Below, piece by piece: positions 1 to 12,617 of a DNA stretch of 64,000 nt; position 1 is the first letter of the stretch, and each line of letters starts with the position of its first letter. Both the position numbers and the translations under genes were made by a program. The stretch is from the NCBI RefSeq assembly GCF_001194135.2, contig NC_068991.1, positions 52,418,096-52,482,095 on the forward strand. The letters run 5' to 3'. Below the pieces are notes generated by a model. The model did no database searches. It saw only the letters and a program-made list of their open reading frames with translations, and was not told the origin of the DNA. The stretch is from Octopus bimaculoides. Lineage: Eukaryota.

Positions 1-210
1 CTTAGATGGGAGAAATGAGTTGTACATATAATTCAAAGGGCCAACCCTTTTCTCATTCTGTGTCATGCTGAATCTCCTTGAGAACTACGTTAAAGGTACT
101 CGTGTTCATGGAATGCTCAGCCACTTGTACGTTAATTTCACGAGCAGGTTGTTCCGTTTCAACGGATCAGTTGGAATGCTTGCTGTCGTAACCAACAGAG
201 TGCCAGTCTA
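1..210 (+). mobile_element. SINE family C 3' half
   Basis: Aligns to ~43350-43530. Confidence 0.7.
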
Positions 211-258
211 TGTGTGTGTGTTCTCAGCAGATGTGTATATATATTTATGCGCGCACGC

Positions 259-303
<45 letters not shown>

Positions 304-1347
304 GATGGTTTTGCTCTTATGTTTGGTTCCTTCTTGTAGAGAACTGAAAATTATGTTTGCTCAAAATCTCCCAATACACGTTTCCTTTTGTTTCTTACAA
401 CGAGGAATTGACTTACCCGAAATGTCAAAGTTCACTTATCTGCACAGCATACGAATTTATCCTATTTCACAAATTCTATTCAAATGTTTATTTTGCTGGT
501 AAAAAAGGGGGGAAAAACTCGATTCTCTTTAGACTTGTAATATATAATTAAAGCTTTCATAACCAAACAAACATATAACAGAGACTCGTCACATGAACCT
601 TCGAGAACATTGCCGTAAATATAACGGTCGACAATTCTGTATATCATTTATAAAACATAACCGTCTCTACAGCGACATTGCTGGTCTTGCATCCTGGGAG
701 GCGCCATCCTGTGTTCAGGATCTTCCAAATACAAAGGGAAAAAATATGAAAACAATGAATATAATAAGCACTTTATTTTCCCATTTTCTGAAAATTTTTA
801 AAATTATACTTACGACAGCGCCGACATTTAGCTTACCCGCGGCACTTTGTTTTTATCACATTTTATTTGTTTTATTTAATTATTTCATATTTTCATCATA
901 ATATAATATTATTTATTATATGTTACTTATTTGCATATATTTGTTTGCGCGTGTGTGTGTGCACATATGTGTGTGCCTGAGTGTGCGTGTATATAGTGTG
1001 TGTGTGAGTGAGACGGTGCATTATCTGTATGTCCTATGTCATTATGTATTATATACTATAAGTTAGGCATTCATTTCCTATAAATACCTTCATTATGTGT
1101 ATTTTTTAAATTTTTATGCCATATTTATGCTTGTTTCCATTGCATGTAGTTGTCCAGACGTGTGTGCATGTACGCGCGCGCGTGTGTGCGTCTGGTGTGA
1201 CATGCATGTACGTATATTTATGGTTGTATGCGTATATGTGCTTATATGTACATGTATGTAGGTGTTCGTACAGGAAAGGCTACATAAGCGCGTGGGTATA
1301 TACTCACATACAAACACCCCTATACTCACACACACATATACGCGCGT

Positions 1348-1392
<45 letters not shown>

Positions 1393-1540
1393 TATATGTG
1401 TGTTTGTATGTGTCTGTCTGTCTATATGTCTGTTACGTATATATGTCTATGAGGAAGTGTGTGTGAATATATTTATAAAATATATAAGTAGGTAACGAGA
1501 TAAATACAGAGGTAAATTTACATGGATACACATGTGTGTA

Positions 1541-1572
<32 letters not shown>

Positions 1573-2444
1573 TACATATACGTANNNNNNNNNNNNNNNN
1601 NNNNNNNNNNNNNNNNNNNNNNATATATATATATATATACACATTCACAAAGGAATGAGCAGGTAGGTTTACAAAACATATACATATTTATTTAGAGAAA
1701 CTGAAAATAGATACTTAAGGGAAAGCCGAATAAATCATAATAAAACAAAATAGATGTATTCTTTTGCACGAATATGTCTGTGTGTCTTTGGGAAGGAGGA
1801 TAAAACCATGTCTATATGCGTCTGCGCGCACCTGTGTGTGTATTATATGTACATCTTTGTATGTGCGCGTGAGTTTAGAAGAGCATCCAGATGTAACAGC
1901 TGTGGGAGGGGGGAATCCTCCAGTATTCCTGGATTCCCTTTTTATAATTAGATTAACTAGGTTATTGACACGGATCATCATCACCATGGATGTAACGCTG
2001 TGCCATTAACGTGACACGAAACGTTGATTCTTTTGCTCGTTGGGTAACACCTTTCTGCAAATTGGTCACTGTTCTTTTCATAGCACAGGTGTATACCCAC
2101 CTGCGCGGAGGAGGACCTTCATTTAATCTTAATATAATAAATATTGTTTTTTTTTCTTTTTATTTGCTTTAATTTATATTCGTTTCCTTAGTATTCATCT
2201 ACCAGGAAATATGGATTTTTCTCCTGATCGTCTTCAGTCTCCCATAAACTGAACTTTCACTTCCATCTCAATACTGATGGGACGACACTAGCATATAATA
2301 GCTTTTTGCTATTCCTTCATTTGGTTCCAAGTTATACGACTGCGATTCTAAATGAACAGATTTTCCGCGTTCTCATGTAAAGTTAGGAACTGATTCAAAA
2401 AGCACGACAGCTACACCTTTATGTTCTCTCCTATTTTTAGTTAT

Positions 2445-3185
2445 TTAATTATTATTTATTCCTGTAAAGAAGAAACTGTTTCGTAACAAAGAGACAAAGC
2501 TCCGGAACTTGTGAAAATTCATGTATATTTCTACTGTTCTGCTTATAGATTGTATTTGTATTCTGAAAAGCCTGGCTTGTCCAGATTGTCGCTTAGATAT
2601 TTACTCACAAAACCAAGTTGCACCAATTAATATTAAGTATAAACGTGAATTTATAATCTGGTTATATAACAGAAGCTGGAGATTTCGAAACAGTAATCCG
2701 TATTTATCCTCCTTCGCTTTGATTTTCAAAGAAATATTCACACCAGCAAGGTAACTGGCCTTTATGTTGACACATATATTTCCTTGTCAGTCCCAAACAA
2801 CAGTATCCGGCTTGCTATATTTACACTTGGTAGACGTTCTGCTGGGAATGTTCCACAAATATTCCTTGTGTTGATGTTTATGCGCGCATTGTGTTCCAAG
2901 ATGATTCTTTATAATTTATCCCAAGACAGTATTTTTATCAGATGGTACTGTACATGGCTTTAGCGACAACGTCGTGTCGCACTAAAAGGTAGTAGCGTGA
3001 TGACATTTTGAAGCAGCTGCTAATCACATGTGTGATGTCTCCCATATTTCCTCAGAAATATGATATAATCGACATTTTTGGTTGCAGCTTGATGCTCCAA
3101 CGGCTTCATTGGTTCTTTTTGTTTATTAGGTATTTTGGAACATTCCACTCTTCTTCGATTGCAAATGCATAGCCTTCGAAGTGTG
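2445..3185 (-). mobile_element. Degenerate 3' fragment of an R4/Dong-like RLE non-LTR retrotransposon
   Basis: Minus-strand translation across frameshifts: HFEGYAFAIEEE...GDITHVISSCFKMSSRYYLLVRHDVVAK...WNIPSRTSTKCKYSKPDTVVWD...KEDKYGLLFRNLQLL...IGA (zinc-knuckle remnant plus PD..D endonuclease). Ends in an AATAAATAATAAT-like tail. Confidence 0.8.
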
Positions 3186-3238
3186 GTGTGATGTGATGTA
3201 TATGCATGAATGTATGTGTATATGTTTGCATGCATACA

Positions 3239-3286
<48 letters not shown>

Positions 3287-3574
3287 NNNNNNNNNNNNNN
3301 NNNNNNNNNNNNNNNNNNNNNNNNNNNNNNNNNNNNNNNNNNNNNNNNNNNNNNNNNNNNNNNNNNNNNNNNNNNNNNNNNNNNNNNNNNNNNNNNNNNN
3401 NNNNNNNTATATACATAAATATATAAATATATATATATATACATATATATATACATAAATATACATATATATATATATACATATATACATACCTATATCT
3501 ATATATACACATATACATATATATGTCTATACATACATATATATATATTTATATTTATACATACATACGTAGTC

Positions 3575-3975
3575 GCAGGCGTGGCTGTGTAGTAAGAGGC
3601 TTGTGTCCCAACCATATGGCTCCAGGTTCAGTCCAACAGTGTGCCATCGTCTTGTACCAAAGCCTCGAGCCGATCAAAGCCTTATGAGTGAATTTAATAG
3701 ATGAAAACTGAAAGAAACCTGTTGTATATATGTAAGTGTATATTTATGTGTATGTGTTCTTGTTTGTTCCTCGCCACCGCGCCATCACTTTACAACCGAC
3801 GTTGATGTATTTTTGTCCCCGTAAATTAGTGGTTCGGCAAAATAGTCCGATACAATAAGTCCAAGGCATCCAAAGAATACGTCCTGGAGTCGATTTCTTC
3901 GACTAAAACCCCTTAAAACGGCGGTGCTCCAGCATGGCCACAGTCAAATGACTGAAACAAGTAAAAGAATAAAAG
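3575..3975 (+). mobile_element. tRNA-derived SINE family B (internal microsatellite)
   Basis: Head GCAGGCGTGGCTGTGTAGTAAG..GGTTCAGTCC; tail CAGCATGGCCACAGTCAAATGACTGAAACAAGTAAAAGAATAAAAG. Confidence 0.85.
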
Positions 3976-4436
3976 AATACATATATACATGTGTGTGTGT
4001 GTTTGTGTGTATGCACTTGTGTGTGTGTGCGCGCGCGCGCCTGCATGCATGTATATATTGATATATACGCACTCATATATACACATATTTATGTACACAT
4101 ACATAAATACACAAATATACAATTTTACGATGTTCTTTGGTTACTTTGGCATTTTTGGTGTGAAGTCGTGAATACATTGCAGAGTTGCCGAAAAACATTC
4201 CAATATATTTAAAAACTTTTTTTTCTTTCTGTTAACCCTCAATAGTAATCGAAACTATCTATTCTTCAGTCAATAGTTAGTTTAGATCGCAGTTTGGACC
4301 CATGGTTTGGAATGCGTCCAAGAGCAACCCTTTTTTTTTTTTTTCCTATTGCAAAATTTCTAGAAGAAATGAATATGGTTTCATCTCGGTGGTCAATTTA
4401 TGAGAAACAACCAAATATTGAAGTTTTCCTGTAGGT

Positions 4437-4745
4437 CAGTAGTTCTTAACTGGGGTCCATAGGACCCAGAGAGATCCATATAAGATTTTTGATTGTCTAC
4501 GCAAACAAAATAGTAAGTTGGGGATCCACAGAAGTATGTTAAGTGTGCATGAAAAAAAGTTTGCTTTATATGTACTCATTGCGGAAAACAGTGAAATTTC
4601 TTACTCTAATCAACCTACACAAGTTAATGTGTGAAAAACAAAATAGAAATTCTGAAAGAAGTATTTATAAAATTAGGCTTTAAACATCAAATGGCTAGGG
4701 GTGGGCACCAGAATAGAATAGATAAAAAATGGTTGTGAACTACCG
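4437..4745. mobile_element. hAT (Charlie-like) MITE
   Basis: Degenerate CAGTAGTTCTTAAC...GTTGTGAACTACCG termini; 8-bp TSD CTGTAGGT/CTGTAGGC. Confidence 0.75.
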
Positions 4746-4869
4746 CTGTAGGCGTTTATGATAAGAGAACACCATATGATTTCTCAATTTCTTCTGAAAA
4801 AATAAATAAGGCAGCTTTCGTTCAATGATTCCTATTGTGTGAAGCACAACCAAAATATGTAATAGTTCT

Positions 4870-5085
4870 ATCTTGATCCTTAAGACTTAACAGGCCGGTT
4901 ACTCGGATTTCATGGCGTATAATTGGCCAGATCACAACATTCCCCACTAAACGGGGCTCGGCCCGTCGCATGGGTTACTCATTTAGATCTGAGTGGATTG
5001 AAGCAACGCACTATTCCTTCCGAGAATCGAACCCACAATTTAACGATCGTGAATGTAATACCCTAACCACTAGGCCACACGCCTT
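4870..5085 (-). mobile_element. tRNA-headed SINE (family C-like head, different body)
   Basis: Body GGCCGGTTACTCGG..ATCACAACATT recurs at ~19110-19180 and ~43615-43700. Confidence 0.65.
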
Positions 5086-5788
5086 CGTTGGCCAGAATTA
5101 TAATTCTGTGGCGAAATATTTCATACAATTTAAAATGCCCCTCAATATGTAATATTATAGATATTGTAGCTGCATCACAACATTTACTACGAACAGTGAA
5201 GTTACGAAGAAATATTTTCCTGAAAACGGATACCTATAGACCTGAAACAGACCTGGAGTAGAGAGGGCGTGAAATTGATAATGTCAAGAAAAAGACTTTG
5301 ACTGACTAACCATACAATTAATCAAACAATCGATTAGTTAAGTGATTAAATTTTAACCAATTAACAAATAAAAATAAAGTGAGATAGAACCAGTGCGTGC
5401 GTTTATTATTGACATAATGATCCTCCTAAGATACAACAAAACCTGTTTCAACACATGAATTCACATCAAGAATGTTGCAAACCAGATACAAAAAGAAACA
5501 AATGTTAATTTTATTCAATTTTCGAAAATATTTATTCATTTAAGTCTTTAAAAACAAAAATTGCGGCTACAAAAGTTTATTGTTTTGTCAAAACGGATTG
5601 TGGTTGCAGAAGGTTGAAATCTGGCTGGTCTACAAATACCAACGGTATTAATTTGGTCAGAAAACTTGGAAGTGGATTCCATGATGGTAGCCATTGGAAG
5701 AGCGATTTCACATTTTGTAATTCGTTAGATTTTCTTTGAGTTTGTCTGGAATCTCCATTTTCCCACTTCAATATGTACAGGTACCGGG

Positions 5789-5899
<111 letters not shown>

Positions 5900-6197
5900 C
5901 ACCCCGTATCGAATCTGACGCCAAACATATCTTTAAGTTTGCACAACACTACATACAACAATACACTAACCAATTATGTCATTATTGATCGTTCATACCC
6001 TGCTAGACACAACTTTTTCTGTAACGTTTCTATTGATTTTTATGACTTTGATATATCGTAGTGATGGCAAATAAAAGTAAACGGATCTCTGTCAGCTTCC
6101 ACGATGATTATTTAGATGTTTGTTCAACTGAAATGGCTACACATCGGATTAGCGTTTGACTTAGCATTACACACACACACACACACACACATAGAAA

Positions 6198-6233
<36 letters not shown>

Positions 6234-6249
6234 TGTGTGTGTGTGTGTG

Positions 6250-6520
6250 TAGGCGCAAGTGTGGCAGCGGATATGGTAGACGAAAACTGAAAGAAACCCG
6301 TCGTATATATGCTTGTGTGTGCGTGCCTTCATGTCTGCGTTTGTTCCCCACAGCCGCTTGACAACTGGTGTTGGTGTATAGCCTAGCGGTTCGGCATAAC
6401 AGACCAATAGAATAAGTACCAGGCTTTGAAAAAGAAGCACTGGGGTCGAGTCATTCGACTAAAAACTTTTTCAAAGTGGTGCCCCAGCATGGTAGCAGTC
6501 TAATCACTGAAACAAGAAAT
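6250..6520 (+). mobile_element. SINE family B (5' deleted)
   Basis: Body and tail match. Confidence 0.75.
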
Positions 6521-6534
6521 ATATTATATATATA

Positions 6535-6598
<64 letters not shown>

Positions 6599-6939
6599 CA
6601 CCAAATCTACTGAAGACAGATAGTGTGATTATGATAGAAAATTACGAGTCGGTTACGCACAACTTTGTGAGCAATACAAGTAAGACTAACTCATAAAGGA
6701 TGTGATTTGAGAGAGAATTGTCTTCTATTACCAGATGATTGAGCGACCACGTGGGTGTTCCCCTCCACGAATTAGTCATTTTCTGTAGTGGCCAATGAAA
6801 TAACAGGAATCAGGAAGTCACTATTATTGAAATATTTCCAACTGAGTTGCTTTCACCCCACAGATGATCTTCGCGGTTGTTGGTGTTTGATGTTGGCCAA
6901 TTTCAGAGAACTTTACCATATTGTCTTCAGTTTGTGTGA

Positions 6940-7480
6940 GTGAACATGTGTGGGAGGGAGGTGGGGAGAGTGTGCGCGCCTGCGCTTGCCTATGTGCACG
7001 TGTGTGTGTGTTGTGTGTGTATATATGTGACGTACTTTATTGATAACCGGAAGAAACGAACCAATGAGGAAGCCTCTACGTTGTCGCTCAGCGTACTAAA
7101 AATAGCAGTCAAATCTCCATCTTTAAAAAAAAAAAAAGTAAGGACACATTAAATGATATATTATTCGAGACACTCTGTGCTTGAAACAAAAGACAGGATG
7201 GGCACAAATGGAATGCCTTTGATTTAAGTTCTGCTTGGTCAAAGTTGATTACGGGGCGGCGGTGGGAAGCTACACAACAACAACCACAAGGAAGGAATCA
7301 ATTATTTGCCACATTAGATAACTCGGTTCACTTTCAAAACGCTATCTTAATAAACCCTGAAACAGCTCCGGCTGCCGCTGCTGCTACCACTGCTGCTGCT
7401 GATCTTCTCCTCTGCCTTCTTTTTATTTTATACCCCCCTCCTTCTTACATCTCCTTTCTCTCTGTCTCTCTGCCCCCCCT
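6940..7480 (+). promoter_or_regulatory. Candidate promoter or first exon (possibly of BMP2/4)
   Basis: NRF1-like GCGCCTGCGC 6976-6985, TGACGT 7028-7033, ETS CCGGAAG 7047-7053, CCAAT 7061-7065, then a GC-richer (GCT)n/CT-rich stretch. Motif-only evidence. Confidence 0.3.
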
Positions 7481-7483
7481 TCT

Positions 7484-8150
7484 NNNNNNNNNNNNNNNNN
7501 NNNNNNNNNNNNNNNNNNNNNNNNNNNNNNNNNNNNNNNNNNNNNNNNNNNNNNNNNNNNNNNNNNNNNNNNNNNNNNNNNNNNNNNNNNNNNNNNNNNN
7601 NNNNNNNNNNNNNNNNNNNNNNNNNNNNNNNNNNNNNNNNNNNNNNNNNNNNNNNNNNNNNNNNNNNNNNNNNNNNNNNNNNNNNNNNNNNNNNNNNNNN
7701 NNNNNNNNNNNNNNNNNNNNNNNNNNNNNNNNNNNNNNNNNNNNNNNNNNNNNNNNNNNNNNNNNNNNNNNNNNNNNNNNNNNNNNNNNNNNNNNNNNNN
7801 NNNNNNNNNNNNNNNNNNNNNNNNNNNNNNNNNNNNNNNNNNNNNNNNNNNNNNNNNNNNNNNNNNNNNNNNNNNNNNNNNNNNNNNNNNNNNNNNNNNN
7901 NNNNNNNNNNNNNNNNNNNNNNNNNNNNNNNNNNNNNNNNNNNNNNNNNNNNNNNNNNNNNNNNNNNNNNNNNNNNNNNNNNNNNNNNNNNNNNNNNNNN
8001 NNNNNNNNNNNNNNNNNNNNNNNNNNNNNNNNNNNNNNNNNNNNNNNNNNNNNNNNNNNNNNNNNNNNNNNNNNNNNNNNNNNNNNNNNNNNNNNNNNNN
8101 NNNNNNNNNNNNNNNNNNNNNNNNNNNNNNNNNNNNNNNNNNNNNNNNNN
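7484..8150. other. Assembly gap (N run); other large gaps at about 12618-13572, 20331-21238, 23378-23828, 30173-31039 and 54277-54580
   Basis: N runs, nearly all bordered by simple repeats. Confidence 0.99.
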
Positions 8151-8953
8151 ATTCAATATATATATATATAAACCATGCTACAACACACTGCTCAACTCAA
8201 TTTTCATTCGTCATTTCGTCATGTTTTTCTTTAACCCTGCAGGTCACCTCGATCGTACAAATCAAAAGTATTCTGTTCATATCTCTACAAAGCTTGTTTT
8301 TTTGTTGTTTCCTAGTCTTTTGTTTGTTTCTTTGTTTGTTTGTTTCTTTCTTTCTTTGTTTGTTTGTTTCTTTCTTTGTTTGTTTGTTTCTTTCTTTGTT
8401 TGTTTGTTTTTTCACTAATGTATCAAGGACTACTTTGTTCGATATACTCTTTCAAGACAGTAGGTTGGGATTTGAAGGAGATTTACCTGCTATTTCCAGT
8501 AGATGGATCCGTTTTATACATACTTCGCTTTTGGTCGTGCATTTTGTCATAGTTCTCAGCAAGTGTTAATAAAATGATTAAGTTGTTCAATCACTTAGTA
8601 ATTTGGAACAAAACAGTTCCTGAGTCGACAACTATGAAACAAACACTAACTGCATACAGCAGACGATCGGAGTATTTTCTTGTAATCCCTTTTATGCCAG
8701 CTGTATTTCCGTTTTTGTGACAGTGTCGAGAGTGCCTTCCGCTGTCGAGTGTCAGTAAAGAAGGCGTGGAGCAACAAAAGAAACATTAAATTGGTTGACA
8801 ACAATATTCCGTCTCTGCTGAGAAATATCAACAAGCAAAATGCTGCATTTGCAATTATCTCAAATCCCAAGGCAGTGATGTTTGGACATGCATTTGCGCA
8901 TGTCTTTTTACGTGTATGTAAATATTTGCATGTATATTGATTATGTGTATGCG

Positions 8954-9038
<85 letters not shown>

Positions 9039-9554
9039 GTATGCATGTATTTATGTACTATGTGTGTATTTGTATATTTCATGTGATCAACAAGATTCTT
9101 TATAAAAGTAAATGACGATTACATTTTAAAGTTAGAATACACGTTGCCATATACTCTACGAAGCTCTTTCATGGAATCTGCGGTTAAATGTTGTCATAAG
9201 TTACCGACCTACCTGGTGGCCCCAGCAGACAAAATGGAAAAAGACGCTGCCCCGGAGGATGGTGAGGAAGATGCGCTGAAACAGCCACTCTTGCGGACAG
9301 AAATGTTTCGATTTTCTAAACATGTTCTCTTCTCCCTCGAAAAAAAGGCAATATCAAATAGCAATATGTAATAAGTAAGTGTTTCTCCTTTACACATCGT
9401 GTTATGGATCGCTGTTTTATCGACTTGTAAATACGGTATTCCACATTCGCTTATTTCACACAGTTTATATGTATCTCTAACGTTTCGGTATTTCCAAATA
9501 CTGGCATTTGCCGCAGAACAGAAGTATGGTCAGTTGTATCTTTCATCGTTTATC

Positions 9555-9765
9555 TTTTACTTGTTTCAGACATTAGAATGCGGCCATGCTGGGGCACCGC
9601 TTTGGAGAATCTTTTTTTAGCCGAATAAATCGACCCCAGTACTTATTCTTTTTTTAAAGTTTTTTTAAAGCTTGGTACTTTTTCTTTCGGTCCCTTTTGC
9701 TAAACCCTTCAGTTACTGAGAACGTAAACACACCAGCACCGGTTGTCAAACTGTGGTGGGGGACC
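9555..9765 (-). mobile_element. SINE family B 3' half
   Basis: Tail match. Confidence 0.7.
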
Positions 9766-10180
9766 CCGGTTGAGAACGTCTGATGTAGGGCCTCCAGGAA
9801 TTGTTTCATTTGCTATGACAACAATTTTTATTATTGTGCTGCTAAGTCCCAGACAAACTGAGTTTGCGAATCTACGTCGATTCCACAAATGCAGCCATTT
9901 CTATCAACATGAATCTTACGTGATTTCATTGGTTCTCTTGATATCTGAGATGACTTGCTCCATGTCACCAAAACAATACTTTCACGATACACACATGCAT
10001 ATATAAACATATATAAACCTTGTGAAGGGATGGTTGCATGGTTGCATCCAAGGAAATACTCGTTCAATACCCAATATTTGGGGGGAATGAAATTCTCTTA
10101 AAACAATAAGTATATATAAAACATATAGTTTATATCCATTTAAAAGAAGAAAAAAAATGGAGATTAGGAAGTTCCTATTG

Positions 10181-10316
10181 TTTATTATTAACAACAAATT
10201 GGTCACCTTTGCTTCTTACAGCCATTTCAATTAATATTCAATAATTTAATTACAAATTAGATTTAATTGAAACGGCTATATGAAGCGAAGATGACCAATT
10301 TGTTGTTAATGATAAA
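10181..10316. repeat. Inverted repeat, 54-bp arms
   Basis: 10181-10234 vs 10263-10316, about 48/54 identity. Confidence 0.75.
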
Positions 10317-10409
10317 CGATTNNNNNNNNNNNNNNNNNNNNNNNNNNNNNNNNNNNNNNNNNNNNNNNNNNNNNNNNNNNNNNNNNNNNNNATATATATA
10401 TATATACAT

Positions 10410-10630
10410 TTATATATGTATGTAATATGTCTTTGTCTCTACCACAATCACTCGACAATGGGTGTTGGTTTGTTTATGTCCTCATAATCTAACGGTTCGG
10501 CTAAAAAGGAGATACAGAATAGATACAAGACTTTAAAAACTAAGTACCAGGGATCGATATGTTCGACTAAACCCATCAAAGTGGTAACCCAGCATGGCCA
10601 CAGTCCATTGACTGAAACAAATAAAAAGAG
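10410..10630 (+). mobile_element. SINE family B 3' half
   Basis: Tail match after the gap. Confidence 0.7.
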
Positions 10631-11634
10631 AATATAATACCTCTATACCGTGTTTGAAGATAGTTTCATTAATTAACGTATAATTAAATACACTCTTTCA
10701 ATTTCCAAACCTCAATAGACCGTCACTAATCTGTAGATTATTGATAATCTGTAGATGATCTTATCTTCCGCTGTTTTCCCACACATATATCATATCCATC
10801 CTATTTTTAAAGTTTCTCTTGTCTGTCCCTTGTCTAAAAATGTTAGCATAACAGTTTTTCGAATTCTTCCAATAACGGGGTTGCGTTTCTGCATGACCCT
10901 GGAAAATAGCAACATCATTAAATGCATGCATCTACGGTCGACCGGTTTGCTAGAATTGGCAAATATCTCCCTTCAAATCACATTGTATTAAAAGATACAT
11001 GGGATAAGGTAGTTCATGATACAATGTGTGAAAAGAAAGATAGGCGGAGATGGTCATAGCTGAAGTACTTTTGATCGTAGGTTCGTTCAATCATTTTGGG
11101 GACTAAATAAAAACTTTACATACAACACACACAATGAACTGATGTGTGTCATACTGTTCTTACGCTTCCATAATGTCCCGTGCATGCCATCAACGTGATT
11201 TCTTTCACATTAAAATTGCCCTTATTCATATGCAATGTTCCCTTTCTACCATTCTGTCCTCTTTCTGCAACATTGAACAAGATATTTTAAAGAATTTATA
11301 AATTTTCATAGAAAGTTATCACAAGTTTTTCATCTTTCGTTCTACACACAAAATAATTACGCTTCTAAAACAATATATTTTATGACTTTTAAGTTATCTT
11401 TAAAGATATTCTATAGAACTTGTAACCAACACTAAAAGGTGCGACGTTTCGTTTACTTTCACTGTTGGCACCAAATTCTATAGAATATCTGTTGAGATTA
11501 CTAAAAAGTGATTGAATCGTATTGCTAACACAAAAATATAGGACACATTATTGACTTACAAACCTTTAATATATTTCGTAGTATATAATAGTTGCTAAGC
11601 GAAATACTAATATTTAATATATTTTATGTTTTCT

Positions 11635-11845
11635 TAAGGCTGCCAGCTAGCAGAATCGTAAGCACGCTAAGCAAAATACTCAACGGCATTTCGTCTGTCT
11701 TTAGGTTCTGAATCCAAATTCTGCCGCGGTCGACTTTCATCCTTTTGGGGTCGATAACATAAGTACCAGTTGAGTACTGGGGTTGATGCAATCGACTTAC
11801 TCCTCCCCCAGACTTGTTGGCCTTGTGCCAAAATTCGAAACCAAT
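11635..11845 (+). mobile_element. tRNA-derived SINE family A
   Basis: Head GGCGGCGAGCTGGCAGAA...GAGTTCAAATTC (A/B boxes), body GAGGTCGACTTTGCCTTTCATCC..GGGGTCGAT. Confidence 0.85.
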
Positions 11846-11851
11846 ATATTT

Positions 11852-12082
11852 TATTCTGTTGTGTCTGGGAAGAGTCATTTTCTTATCGTGCCTTAAAATT
11901 TAACACACTCACCGTTAAAATTTCCACTTATTTCCACTCTAGAGAGTCAAGACTATTGAAAAGGTTGCAAGACGCAACGAAAATTTTAGGAAAATAAAAA
12001 TAATAAGTGGAAATTTTAATGGTGAGTGTGTTAAATTTTAAGGCACGATAAGAAAATGACTCTCCCCAGACACAACAGAATA
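11852..12082. repeat. Foldback MITE, 81-bp arms
   Basis: 11852-11932 vs 12002-12082, 79/81 identity; TA at both termini. Confidence 0.85.
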
Positions 12083-12552
12083 TGCTTCAACACACGAAAT
12101 CACATACAAAATCTTGCAAACCAAATCCAAAAACGAAATATATTTTATGTTTTCCTACAATGTTGATATGGTTGTGGTCGTGCTCATGTAACCATTGTCT
12201 TCCAATGTTTCTCTACTCTCATCATTCTCACTGTCCCTACGTTGTCTCCTGTAATTCTATAAAGTTCGGAATTCCATAACGTTGGCTGGTGTTCATTTAT
12301 TTCTGTTTGACTTTGTGGTGTCTACAGTTCAAAGCTACAATTGTCGACCAAATGCGTTTCCTCTTAGATTTGTCATATTTTGGTGTCACTCCTATCGTCG
12401 TCTTTAAAAGTTTGTATGAAACTGTGGGTGCGTTCTAACATGAACAGGTATATCTATGTGTGTGCGTATGTGTCATATATGTAGATATACATATGTGTGC
12501 GTATGCATATGTATATATATACACATATATGTTTGTAACTGTGTATATATTA

Positions 12553-12617
<65 letters not shown>

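Noticed and set aside
6165-6250. (CA)n facing (TG)n, able to form a hairpin or Z-DNA
   Set aside because: Ubiquitous in this genome; no locus-specific signal.
6605-6645. Hammerhead-like CTGAAGA...GAAA cores (also minus strand near 2215-2245 and 6895-6930)
   Set aside because: Stem II closing pair and stems I/III cannot be formed; at best decayed Penelope-type remnants.
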